Assembly: GCF_009834535.1 (NCBI RefSeq)
Contig: NC_045697.1
Location: 994,001 to 1,058,000, forward strand
DNA length: 64,000 bases
Direction: 5' to 3'
Source of the DNA: Camelus ferus
Lineage: Eukaryota
Numbering within the stretch: the first letter of the stretch is position 1; each line of letters begins with the position of its first letter. The translations under genes and the position numbers were made by a program. A model generated the notes under the pieces. It had not been told where the DNA came from. It did no database searches and saw only the letters and a list, made by a program, of their open reading frames with translations. Below, piece by piece: positions 1 through 59,090 of the stretch.

Positions 1-231
1 CCTCTGCACTCTGTCTGGTCTGTCCCTGTCTTCCAGAAGCCACTGCTGCCTCCCCTGGTCGGTGCCGACTGCTCCTCTCGTTCTTGCTGTCGGTTTCAGA
101 GCTGGTTCTCTGTCCTGACCGGATTCTGGCACCATCCCCACTGCCCTCCCTTTGTGAGTTCCCAGCACGAGGATGATGTAGCAGAAACTAAGTTCTGAGC
201 TTCAGCCTAGAGGCTGTAGAAATCTTACTTT

Positions 232-1752
232 TATATGTGTATATACTTTATTGAAGTATAATCAGTATACAATGTTGCGTTAATTTCTGGTGTACAGCAC
301 GATACTACAGTCATATAGGAACGTATATTCATTTTCATACTTTTTCACCATAAGTTATTGTAAGATTTTGAATGTAGTTCCCTCTGCTATACAATATAAA
401 CTTGTTTGTCTGTTTTATATATATTAGTTAGTATCTGCAAATCTCGAACTCCCAGTTTATCCCTTCCCACCCCCTTCTCCCCTGGTAACCATGAGTTTGT
501 CTGTGGGTCTGTTTCTGTTTTGTAAATAAGTGCATTTGTGTGTGTTTTTAAGATTTCACAGAAAAGTAATATCATACGGTATTTTTCTTTCTCTTTCTGG
601 CTTACTTCACTTAGACAGTGATGATCTCCAGGTCCATCTATGTTGCTGCAAATGGTATTATTTTATTGTTTTTTATGGCTGACTAGTATTCCATCGTATA
701 AATATACCACAGCTTCTTTATCCATTCATCTATCGATGGACATTTAGGTTGTTTCCATGTCTTAGCTATTGTAAATAGTGCTGTTATGAACATTGGTGTG
801 CAGGTGTCTTTTTGAATTAAGGTTCTCTCTGGATATATGCCCAGAAGTGGGATTGCTGGATCATATGGTAAGTCTATTTTTAGTTTTTTGAGGAATCTCC
901 AAACTGTTTTCCATAGTGGCTGCACCAAACTGCATTCCCACCAGCAGTGTAGGAAGGTTCCCTTTTCTCCACACCCTCTCCAGCATTTATCGTTTGTGGA
1001 GTTTTGAATGATGGCCATTCCAACAGGTGTGAGGTGATACTTCAATGTAGTTTTGATTTGCATTTCTCTGATAATTAGTGATATTGAGCATTTTTTCATG
1101 TGCCTATTGGCCATTCTTATGTCTTCATTGGAGAATTGCTTGTTTAGGTCTTCTGCCCATTTTTGGATGGGTTTATTTTTTTCTTATTAAGCTGTATGAG
1201 CTGTTTATATGTTCTGGAAATTAAGCCCTTGTCAGTCTCACCTTTTGCAAATATTTTCTCCCATTCCATAGGTTGTCTTTTTGTTTTGCTTATGGTTTCC
1301 TTTGTTGTGCAAAACCTTATAAGTGTAATTAGGTCCTATTTGTTTCTTTTGCTTTTATTTTTATTGCTTGGGTAGACTGCCCTAGGAGAACATTGCTGAG
1401 ATGTATGTCAGATAATGTTTTGCCTATGTTTCCTTGTAAGAGATTTATAGTGTCTTGTCTTACGTTTAAGTCTAAGCCATTTTGAGTTTATTTTTGTGTA
1501 TGGTGTGAGGGAGTGTTCTAACTTCATTGATTTACATGCACCTGTCTAGTTTTCCCAACACCACTTGCTGAAGAGGCTGTCTTTACTCCATTGTATGTTT
1601 TGCCTCGTTTGTCAGAAATTAATTAACCAAATGTTTGTGGATTTATTTCTGGGCTCTCTGCTGTTCCATTGACCTATATGTCTGTTTCTGTATCAATACC
1701 ATGCTGTTTTGATTACTGTAGCTATGTAGTATTGTCTAAAGTTTGGGGGGGT
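232..1752 (-). mobile_element. 5'-truncated LINE-1 (ORF2 C-terminus plus 3' UTR) with target-site duplication
   Basis: ORF 683..1114(-) encodes the L1 ORF2p C-terminal Cys-rich region ([18 protein letters not shown]...[11 protein letters not shown]). Flanked by near-identical tagaaatcttacttt (217-231) and tagaaatcttatttt (1753-1767). Confidence 0.92.
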
Positions 1753-2224
1753 TAGAAATCTTATTTTCAAGGGTGTGTAGTTTTTTTGACACATCATTAA
1801 GGCAAAATAGAAAGCTTGATTATTATTAATAATTTTATAATCAGAAAATACATTTTGTGAAAAATTTGTCTGAATCAGAAAAGTAGAAGGCAACTGACGA
1901 CTCTGATCTTGCCAATCTAACAGTTAGGTCTATTTCCGGTTGACGCTTTCCGTCATCAGACTGGGCCATGCGCCCTGAAGACAGCCCCTCTGCACGGCCG
2001 CGGCAGAAGGTGGCCGGCCAGGCTCTGCTCTCGCAGCTGTTGCTCGTGGCGACTGTCTGTGTTTTTAAATAACTTGCTTAGTTTGCTGAGTTGAGGACTT
2101 TGAGGTTTATATACTATGTGTCAAGTTCTGTTGGCGGGAGATACGGATTTAGCTTTCTCATCCCCTGGCCTCCCACTTCCCCCTCCCCACTTCCAGGTAC
2201 TGTGGCGTCTGGGTTGTCTCTTCC

Positions 2225-2633
2225 TACCTAATAAGCTATTCCAGAACTTAGTGGTTGAAAACCTGACATTTGTTTACAGCTTGAAGTTTGGACACGGTGT
2301 GCCTGCGTTAGCTTGTTGCTGCTCTCTGCTGCCGAGAGCCAGGTGGTTTCATTTGTGCTGCCCGCTGGTATTGGCCACAGCCCACCAGTTCCCTGCCCAG
2401 GGCCTCCTGTGAGGCTGCCTGGGCCCCCTCCCAGCATGGTGGTGGCTTCCCGAGGGAGGAGGAGAAGATGCCAGCGCTCTTTAGGGCAAGACTGGCTGCG
2501 GCCAGTCATTGCGTTTGCCGTATCTGCTGGTGAGCGTGGTCACGGGCCCAGGCCAGCCTCAGGGTGGAGACATAGACTTTATCTCTTGGTGGGGGAGTGG
2601 CAGAGTGTTTTTGGCTGCCTTTAGTCTACCACA
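2225..2633. mobile_element. MaLR solo LTR (MLT1-like), degenerate
   Basis: cttagtgg...acatttgttt start, ccagcatggtggtggcttcc core and ...ctaccaca end, typical of MLT1 LTRs. Recognised by eye. Confidence 0.6.
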
Positions 2634-3124
2634 GTTTTAAAAGAATTTTTGGTTTAAATGAATATTAATTGTTCTATTATTCAGCTAAACCAAACACTGA
2701 GTGCTCTGCAGGATGAATGCAAGAGACCACATGGTTTCGAATGAGGGTGGATAACAGGTCACTTGCAAAGAATCAGAAACCCTGACAGCATCAGCTCTCT
2801 TAAACAGACAAAATGTACACAGAAAACCCCAAAGTAATGAAGCAATGCCTTCAGATTTTTGAGAAAAATCATTTCCAACCTAAATTATACCCAGCCAAGC
2901 TATCAATCCAGTGCAGGTACAGAGCAGACCATTTTGGCATGCAAGTTTGCAGAAAAGCGCTGCCTCCCACACCTTCTCCAGTAACTTCCACCCCCACTAG
3001 AAACCATGTGGGTCTCTTGCATTCATCCTGCAGAGCACTCTTTGAGTCTCTTCTACCTTTTGATTCTGGGATGTCTTGAGTAATTTCTTTCACAATTTAA
3101 AAAATCTTGACTCCAGTTGTTTAC

Positions 3125-4340
3125 ATTTCTCCCCAGTTTTATTGAGGTGTAATTGACAAATAAGATTGTACATATTTAAAGTGTACCATGTCTAGAGACC
3201 TAATGCACAACATGATAAATATAATTAGCACTGCTGTACGTTACATATGAAAGTTAAGAGAGTACATCCTAAGAATTCTCCTCACGAGGAAAAAATATTG
3301 TTTCTGTTTCTTTAATGTTGCGTCTGTGTGAGGTGATAGGTGTTCATTAGACTTCCTGTGACAATCACTGCATGAAGTGAGTCAGATCATGGTGTGTGCA
3401 CCTTAAGCCTGCAGTGCTCTGTGTCGGTCGTGTCTCAGTAAAACTAGGGGAAAAGGCATTAGGAAAACTGGAAGAATGGAGTGCGCAGTGTAACGATTGG
3501 ACGTGTTGTGAAACAGTCTCCACAGGCGGGTTGATTAACACGTCAGTCCTCTTGCCCAGCTGCCTTCCAGTGGGAGTGTGAGCACGTGCAGGAGTCACCC
3601 TCTTGGTTTGTTTCAAGTGTGTTATTAATTGCAGTGACTCTACAGTGTATTTTTAGAACTTACTTTGTCTTAGAGATGAAAGTCTGTATCCTTTGGCCAA
3701 CAGCTCCCCGTTTCCCCTCCCCCCAGCCTCTGGCAACTACCCGCTGTACCCTCTGCTTCTGTGGGGTGGACTTTCTATTTTATATTCCTCTCTCTGTCTA
3801 GCTAATGTCATGTAACATAATGTTCTCTGGGTTCGTCCATGCCTCAGATGCCAGGACTTCCTTTTTGATGACTGAATCATGTCCTTCGTGTGTATAAACG
3901 ACATCATTTTCATCTGTTCGTGCACTGACGGACACCTAGGTTGTTTCAGTGTGTTGGTTCTTGGGAGTCGTGCTGCGGCGAACACAAGTGTGCAGATACC
4001 TCTTCAATACCCTGTTTCTTCTCCACTGATGTGTCCCCATGGGTGGGGTTACTGCATCACCTGTAGTTGTTTTTAATGTTTTGAGGAACCTGCACACCGC
4101 CTCCCACAGTGACTGCACCGTTGTGTCCCCACCGGCAGGGCAGGAGGGCTCCTTTTCGCCGCGTCCTCACCAGTGCTTGCTGTTTCTCGTCTTCTTGACG
4201 ACAGTCCTTCTGGCAGGTGTGAGGTGGTGGCTCACCTTGGTTTCCACTTGTGTTGCTTGAGGCAGCAATGAGCATCTTTGCGTGTGCCTGTCGGCCGTCT
4301 GCATGTCTTCGGTGGAAAAATGGTCAGGTCTTTTCCATAA
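3125..4340 (-). mobile_element. Old L1 (L1MA-like) 3' region with an oppositely oriented L1 3' end nested at about 3190-3455
   Basis: Minus-strand ORFs show decayed ORF2 motifs (KQPRCPSVHEQMK; SLWEAVCRFLKTLK). L1 3'-UTR-like termini occur in both orientations. Confidence 0.7.
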
Positions 4341-5399
4341 TTTTTTAAATCTTCCGTTTCTGGAACTCCTATTATGTGGATATTTTGTTGGCATGATTTT
4401 CAGATTTTCTTCCTTTTTCTCTCCTGTGTTTCTCCTTTCCTTTCCCCTTCCTCACTTCTCTTCCCGTCTCCCGTGTCTCCCCCCTCCTTCCTGCCCTGCC
4501 CCTCCTTTCTTTTCTCCTTTTGGCAGGACTGTAGTAACGTATGGTATCTGGTTTTCTTTTTGTCCCCTTGGCAGCTGTGGAATGGAGTTACAGAGAGTGC
4601 AGGGATTTTTAATTATTTTGGAAATATTTTTACAGTTTCACAATATTCCTTTGAAAATTTGAAGAACTTTAATTAGATACTATATTCACATGCTTCAGAA
4701 TTAAAACCTTTGGTGTCAAAAGCTCTCTACTTACCTCAGCCCCGGCCGCCGGTTCCCCTCCTGGAGGCGGCGGTGAGGCAGGGGCAGCCCGAGCCCTGTG
4801 CGGAGCGCGTGTGGAGCTTCCCTGCTGGTGGGCATGCGCCTGGAAGCTTCTCTCACTCCCTGTGCTGTGTGTTCCTCTAAGCTCCTAGTTCTCTTTTGCT
4901 TTAAAATTTTTGCCTCTTACAGTAAGTTTTCCTTGGATGCCTGATGGCCCTCAAGTGCAGCCTCATTGTTAAGCTTGGGTCTTGGAGCTGATGGCTGTGT
5001 CTGGGGGGGTCTCCACTGAGGGCCCAGGGCTCGGGACCACCATCAGTGTCAGCAGGTGTTTCCCCGAATCTGGGTGGAGGTCCTCTGGCCGGCGTGTCTG
5101 GCAGTTCACTGCCTTGAGTGGCCCTGCCTGGAGTGTACCCTGTCCTTGAACTGGACCCGTCTTGCTGTTGCTGGGGCCGGCTGGCCACCAGGCCGTGCGG
5201 AGGGCCAGGCCTGGGACTGCACGTTAGTGGACTGCAGTCCCGGCTCGTAGGCTTCACGTCCCCAGTGTTTGCTGTATGCGGTGACTTATCGTGCTTTTGT
5301 GCATGTCTTAGAGGGAAAATAGGAAAACACTCTATAGATACAGGAAAGATATGATTTAATATGTTTAATACCTTTTCATTCAACAAAAGATTTGGTATT

Positions 5400-5965
5400 T
5401 TTAAAATTGAGATAAAATTAGTATCAAATTCGCAAGTTAAACCATTTAACAGTGCGTAGTTCAGTGGCTTTTTGGTACGTGCCTGGTGTTCATGCAGCCA
5501 TTGCCACCACCCAATTCCTGAGTGTGTTCGTCCTCCCAGGGAGAAGTCCCCCTGCTCCCCTCAGCCCCTGGCGCCCCTGTTCTATGTTCTGCCTCCGGTT
5601 CGCCTGTCCCGGACCCTTCGTGTAAACAGCGTCACATAGGACGCAGCCCTTGAGACTGGCTGCTGTCACTCGGCCTGTTTTCCTGGCCCACCCACGTTGC
5701 AGTGTGTTCCTTTTTGCAGCTGAATGCCCTGCTGTATGGATGGATCCCATTTCTTTTGTCCAGTTAGCAGTTGTTGGATGTTGAGTTTGTTTTGCTTTTT
5801 TGAATAATTCTGTGAAAATTCTGGTACAAGTTTTTGTGTGAACTTAATGTTTTCAAATCTGTGCTGGGAAGATCCTTAGGAGTGGAGCTGCTGGGTTGTG
5901 TGGCAGCATGTGTGCGTGTGGCTTTCTGAGGAGCTGCTAGGTGGTTTCCCGCTGCATCTGCATCA
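5400..5965 (-). mobile_element. Old L1 (L1MB/MC-like) 3' remnant
   Basis: aaattgagataaaatt...ccatttaacagtgcgtagttcagtggc and cctaggagtggagctgctgggt-like motifs of L1 3' ends. Confidence 0.6.
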
Positions 5966-6799
5966 TTTTAGACCCCCATCCCCACTGTGTGAGACGCGTC
6001 GGAAGATTCGACACATTACACTAAGAAGACAGGGAGCGACGGGTCATGGGGCCAGGGACGATACCAGCTCCTGTGTCATCGTAAGGTTAAGGCTGGGGCT
6101 GTGGGGGGCTGGCCTGGAGTGTGCCTGTGGCTCTAAGCTTCTTTGCAGGGAAAACGAAACAAGAGATAGGTCAGTTATTAAGTCCTTACTGTCACAGGTG
6201 CATTTCTGCAGGAGAAGCAAAACTTCGTGAGTAAATTCCAGATTCTAGAAAATGAAGCTTCTCAGGGAATTCTTGTGGAGGAAGGGGGCCCTCAGCGCCC
6301 TCAGCCCCTGTTCTTAGCACGCTCTGTCCTCTGTCACTGTTGTTCACAGACTTCCTTGATTCAGTCATCATCCGGGAAGGCAGGACCAAAATATATTCGA
6401 GGTGGACGAGTGTGACACATTAGAAAGCAAGGGGACAGTAGAGAATGTGTGTTTAAACCATATTTGCAGACTTGACTTTTCCATTGTAAGCCTCTCTTCT
6501 GCTGCTGGAAGGACGACTTGGAGCTTGGTTCCCTCCTGGTGTGGCTCTGGGCGATATCCTGAAGTCATTACTTCAGTGTCCCGGCATTGAGACTTCTCCA
6601 CAGGGACTCTCCTCAGTTTGGTTTACAGGGCGGGCCCCGCAGCCTGCGGCTGGACATCTCGGCAGCCTGGAGAGCGGGGCAGTGGGCAGCATGTGCCTGC
6701 GGTCGGAGCCTGGGGAGGAGGGCTTTGGGGCTTGCTCAGCTGGGCCAGGAGGGACATTCTTCCCACCAACTTCCCATCCTCCACCCCATCTTTCTCTTT

Positions 6800-8570
6800 C
6801 CTCTAGAATGAAGCTGCTGTAAACATCTGTGTGCAGGTCTCTGTATGGATGGCAGTTTTCAATTTGGGTAAACACCAAGGAGTGGGATCGCCGAATCATA
6901 CGGTGAAAGTGTGTTTACTTCTGTAAGAAGCCGCCACACTGTCGTCCAAAGTGCCTGCACCAGTCTGCGTTCCTGTGCACAGTGGTGAGGGTTCTGTTGC
7001 TCCACATCCTCACCAGCACTTGGTGTTGTCAGTCTTCTGGATTTTGGCCATTCTGATGGGTGTGGAGTGGTGTCTCACTTTAATTTGCATTTTCCTGATG
7101 ACATGATGTGGAGCGTCTTTTTATATGCTCATTTGCCGTTTGTGTATCTTCTTTGGTGTCTGTTAAGATTTTTGGCCGGTTTTGTTTGGGTGGTTTATTT
7201 TCATACTGTGTTTTAAGAGTTCTTTGTATATTTTGGATAACAGTCCTTTGTCACATAATGCCTTTTGCAGATATTCTCTCCCCATCTGTGACTTGTCTCC
7301 TCATCCTTTTGACATTGTCTTTCATAAAGCAGAAGGTGTTTTTTTTTGTTCGTTTTTTTACTGAAGTCCAGCATATTAATGATCTCTTTCATGGATTTTT
7401 GCTTTGGTGTTTTATCTAGAAGGTCTAAAAGGTTGCTGCTAGACCCAAGGTTCAGGTTTTCTCTGGAGGCTTTGTGCTTTTGCATTTTACGTTTAGATTT
7501 ATGATCCATTTTGAGTTAATTTTTGTGAAGGGTGTAAAGTCTGTGTAGATTCATTTCTTCTTGCATGTAGATGTCCCATTGTTACAGCACCATTTGTAGA
7601 AAAGACTGTCTTTTTCTTGAGGGAACGTTGGCTTATAGTACGTTTCGTGTGTGAATCATTATAATCCTACTTCTGTCTGCCACAGTGTGCTCACCACCAG
7701 AAAGTCAGTTTCCATCTGTCACCATACAGCTGGCCCCTTTACCCGTGTCACCCTCCCCACCTCACCTTTTCTCTGATAACCACTACTCTTCTCTGTATCT
7801 ACATGTTTGGTGTGTTTATTTATTTTGTCTTTAAAAAAGACTTATTTTTGCTCCAGTGTGTCGTCTTTGCTCCTTTGTCAAAGATGAGTTGCCTCTATTT
7901 GAGGGTCTGCTTCTGGTTTCTCTGGCCTGCTTTGCTGACCTTTTTTTCTGCCTGTCATCTTGCCGACATGACACCGGCTCCGTCACCTTCACGGTGCCTG
8001 GAGGCCCAGCGTGCCAGTGCTCCAGCTTGTCCTTCTCCAGTGCTACATCGGCTGTTCTTGGTCTTCTGGTTCCCCACCTGAACTTCAGGGGCAGTTTTGG
8101 TATCTACAGGACAGCTTGTTGGGATTCTGAACGGGGTTGCGCTTGACCTGCAGATCAAGTTAGGACGAACGGACATCATGATGGTACTGAGCCATCCTGT
8201 CTGTGAATGTGGAACGTCTTTCCGTTTGTTTAGCTTTTCTTTGCTCCCCCTCACCAGGGGTTTGTAGTTTTCCGCACTGGGGTCTTGTACGTGTTTTGCT
8301 GGGTTTATTCTCAAGTGTTCCACTTTTTTGAGTGCAGATTGTACCCGTTCACCACTGTCGTGTGGGGAAGTGGTTGCCTCTTGTGTGTCATTAGCCTTGT
8401 CTCCCGAAGCCTTGCTACGGTTGCTTGTAGGTTCCAGGAGTTGTTCTGTTCTTTCAGATTTTGCACACAGATGCTGATGTCATCTGTGAACAAAAGACAG
8501 TTTTAGTTCTCCCTTTCCAATTTATATACCTTTTATTCCCTTTTCTTGTCTTATTGTATTAGCTAGGATG
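6800..8570 (-). mobile_element. Old L1 ORF2 remnant (L1MB-like)
   Basis: Minus-strand translations resemble ORF2 (HLRINPAKHVQDPSAENYKPLVRG..., WGENICK). Many stops. Confidence 0.8.
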
Positions 8571-10099
8571 GCAGAGTATGTTTTATCTCATTTTGACCAA
8601 TGCTGTAACTCTAACACCTAAAATTTAGTGTCTGGCACTTTTTAGGTGCATTATAAATTTTTGAAAGAATGAAGTATGAATGTTATGTCTCTTAATCGCT
8701 CAAATACTTTTCCTCTCTTTACCAGTCATAGGCCTTGGTGATTTGTTCAGATTTATCTTTTACTCTATTAATTATACATTTAGTTGTATTTAGTCTGCTA
8801 TATTCAACTCAGCTGTTGAATTTTTTTTATTTCAGTAACTAGTTTTCTTTTTCAAATCTGCGAGTAATGAAAAACTTCCTATGTTATTCTGTGGAAGACC
8901 TTGCGTATCGCTCTATGCCTAGCTCTGTGGGCGGCCCTCCCGGGTGGTGGCGGCTGTGTGCAATGTCACCTCTGTCTCCTGGCTCACCTCGGCAGGGAGC
9001 GCACCCAGGCTCTGGGCTGTAGAACACCCCCTGAGCAGCTTCCCAGCTGCCATGCAGGGCCTGCCAGCGCCACTCATTTTAGGCCCGTTTTTATCTGGGT
9101 TTCTTGGCTCAGGATTTGGGGCACCACGGCCTTGTGAGGCAAGAGTTCTCTAGGGTGATTCTGTCTCCCCAGGGGCGTCGGGTGGATGTTGCTGTGGCCC
9201 AGCCAGCCGTGGGCTGGCCAGTGGTGAGGCTCTGGTGACAGTGCTGTGACAGCCGACACTCTGGTCTTCTCTGGGCGGTGCCTGTGGGCTGGCCCTCGGT
9301 CCCCAGGAACCGGAGTGCAGGTGAGAGGGTGCAGTCCTATGCCACCGTGAGTGGCGGCGGGGCCAGATTCAAGCGCGGGCTGTGGCCTTCATGCTGTGCT
9401 CCGAACCGCGGCAGCCGTGCTCCGCCCTGCCGACCGGCCGCCGCCGCGCAGGGGCCCTCAGCTCCGCACTGGCCGCCGAGCACAGCCTTGAATCCTGTGG
9501 TCCTGTCCTGGGCAGCCCGTGCCCTGTGAGGCTCAGTGCTGTTCCTTCTTCGTTTCTGGACCTGAAGATTTCCCCTTTCTTGTTTTGAATTAGGCGATAC
9601 AGCTAACCTCTTTTTTGTTTAAAAAAATAATTTGGCCGCCTTCACCAGAAATCTCCTGCGATGTGTTAACAGGTGACAGAACGTTAATGGAGTTCCTGAC
9701 GTTGAGTCGTCATTTCTGGGTAAACCCTCTTTAGTCTTAGTGTCTTACCACGTAGCGCCTGGTGCTGGCAGTCACGCTGCTCCTGGTCTGTGGCTCTTTT
9801 CTGCGTTCATTTTCCTGGTTTTGGTGTGAAAGCTGTGCCAGCCTCATGCATCATTTTGGGAAACTCCATCGTTGTCTGTGTTCTGGAAAGACTTAAACAG
9901 TAGGAATGGTATGTTTGCGTGCTGGATGGTACACAGCAGCTGGAGAGACCGAGCTGCCCCGTGTGTTGACGAGGGGGACGCGAGGACAGGGCCGTCGAGC
10001 CACTGCTGTGAGGGGCAGGAGTGGCAGTGGGTGTGACGTGACTTGTGCGGGGACTTTCCGCCGGGGTCTCACCCTGGTGCCGGGATGACCCGCTGCAGA

Positions 10100-10720
10100 C
10101 GTTCTTTGTTCTGCTCAGTGGCATTAAGTACACTCACACTGTGCAGCCGTCACCACCACCCGTCCCAGAACTCTTTACATCTTGCAAATCTGAAAGGCTG
10201 TCCCCACGAAAGCCACAGCTCCCCATCCTCCCCTCCCCTGGCTCCTGGAGCCGCCGTTCTGCCATCTGTCTTTATGGACTTGATCACTCACACAGGTGCA
10301 GTCACACAGTATTTGTCCTGTTGTGACTGTCTTATTTCACTCGGAATGTCCTCAGAACTCATCCAGGTTGTAGCAGGCGTCCAGAGTGTCCTTCCTGTTT
10401 AGGGCTGAGGCGTGTCCTTTGTGTGCATGGACACTTGGGCTGCTTCCGCCTTTGCCTGTTGTGGACGGTGCTGTTCTGTACACGGGGTTCAGATATCTTT
10501 GAAACCCTGCTTTCAGTTCTTCTGGGTAAGTATCCAGAAGTGGAATTGCTGGGTCATATTAATTTTTTGAGGAACTTCCGTAGTGTTTTCCACAGCAGCC
10601 GCGCCATTTTACATCCTATCAGCAGTGCACAGGGGTTCAAGTTTCTCCACAGCGTCACAGGCACCTGCTTTCTGTCTGTCTGACGGTGGCCGTCCTCGGG
10701 TGAGAGTGTTGCTTTGGTTT
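10100..10720 (-). mobile_element. Old L1 3' remnant
   Basis: gtggcattaagtacactcacactgtgcagcc...ccagaactctttacatcttgcaaa and ccagaagtggaattgctgggtcat motifs. Confidence 0.7.
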
Positions 10721-11169
10721 GTTTTTGTCTAGCAGCTGAGTCTTGCTTCTGGTATTCCCTAAGCTAGGCTGTTTGGACTCTGCCCTGTGCGTGTGGAGAC
10801 CTGGATTTATTTGGGCGGGGCTCCCCTTCCCCCGCACACCCACTGCGCTTGCCTCCCGCCCGCTCAGGGGCCGGCCCAGCCGCTCCCCCAGCTTGCTCTC
10901 TCCCTAGTGCCTTTAGGTGCTCGTCTCCTACTTTTGTCCAGTTAGGCTGATGTGAGCCAGAATAGGAAGCCGCACCGATTTACCTGCAGAAACAGTTCTG
11001 CGGAGTCAGAGCTCTCGTGTGTGTGCGGCTAAGCTGGACTTAGGGTGCTAAGTGGGCTCCTCTCCCCGGGCCCCCCTCAGCTGCGCGGCTGCCACCCTGG
11101 CTGTTTCCGTGGGCGCCGGGGGTCGCAGCCCGGACAGCTCCTCACTGCTGCACATGGCACGCCAGCGTT

Positions 11170-11310
11170 CTCTGCCGGATAGCTCTTTGCTGGGAGGCCG
11201 CCATGTGTGCTGAGGATGCTTAGCTGCACCCTTGACCCTCCCCAGTAGGTGTCACTGGCAGCCCCGAGGCAACGCCACACGTCTCTGGGGGCAGAGCTGT
11301 CCCCACGTGC
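11170..11310 (-). mobile_element. MER20-like DNA transposon remnant
   Basis: aggatgcttagctgcacccttgaccctcccagtaggtgtca...tctctgggggcaga resembles MER20. By eye only. Confidence 0.45.
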
Positions 11311-12193
11311 GGCCCGGCTGCTCCCCGGGTCTGATGCGCCCGCGTGCCGCCTTCTTGGAGGAGTTTCGTTGGTGGCTGTCGTGCACTTGGTGGGTGTCAT
11401 CCCAGCTGGAACGGTGCCTGCCTGTTACTGTTCCAGGCTGCCCACCGGGTGTCCCCAGCTAGGGCTGTAGCTGTGCCGGGAAGATCCCATGCCCCCGGGC
11501 CTCCCTCATCACTTGGTGAGTTGTGCAAAGTAAGGCCCTGTGGTGCCGCCCCGGACCAATTCGTCGTCACAGGAACGGTAACTGGACTTCACTGTTGACG
11601 TGGTGCTCCTTGTCAGGGCACTGACTTTGGGCCTGGTGCGGTGGGGGTCTGGGAGGGATTGGCCAGACTGAGCCGTCTCACCGTCCCCGCCAGGGGTGGG
11701 AGATGGGTCTTTGAGCTTTGCCGACTGGTTATCTCAGGGTGTATCCTGGTCCCCCTCAGCTGTGACATGAGGAGCTGTGTTTGGTCTTCAGTGCCTCCCG
11801 TTAATCCTTCTCACGGGCCTGGCTTTGTGGTCGCTGCCTCAGGCACTGTCCCTGTGGCAGGTGGCCTGCCACAGGTGATCTGGTCTCCCAGGTGAGGGAG
11901 CAGATGGGTGGGCATCCATGGCCCACTGCTGGTCAGGATGGCAGCCTGGCCTGGTGTCCGTCCCTTTCCTTTCACTGCACCGTTTTGTGATTCTTGTCAT
12001 TTTTGTGATATTTGAGTTGCCTCCTGTGACCTAACTCATTATACAAAACACCATAAATTGCCTCGATAAACCCCACAAAGTGGTGGAGAGCTTTGTTGGC
12101 ATGCTCATTTCGGGATTTAAATGTAGTATGTTTCTCTTTCTTTTTGTGTTCCTGATACCGCAGTGTTCCAAGAACAGGGAGCATCTGGGCTGA

Positions 12194-59090
<46,897 letters not shown>

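Noticed and set aside
1..12163. NSD2 promoter and non-coding first exons
   Set aside because: No clear promoter CpG island or confidently assignable exon. AG...GT pairs such as about 6351-6401 are unsupported without transcripts, and the main TSS probably lies upstream of the window.
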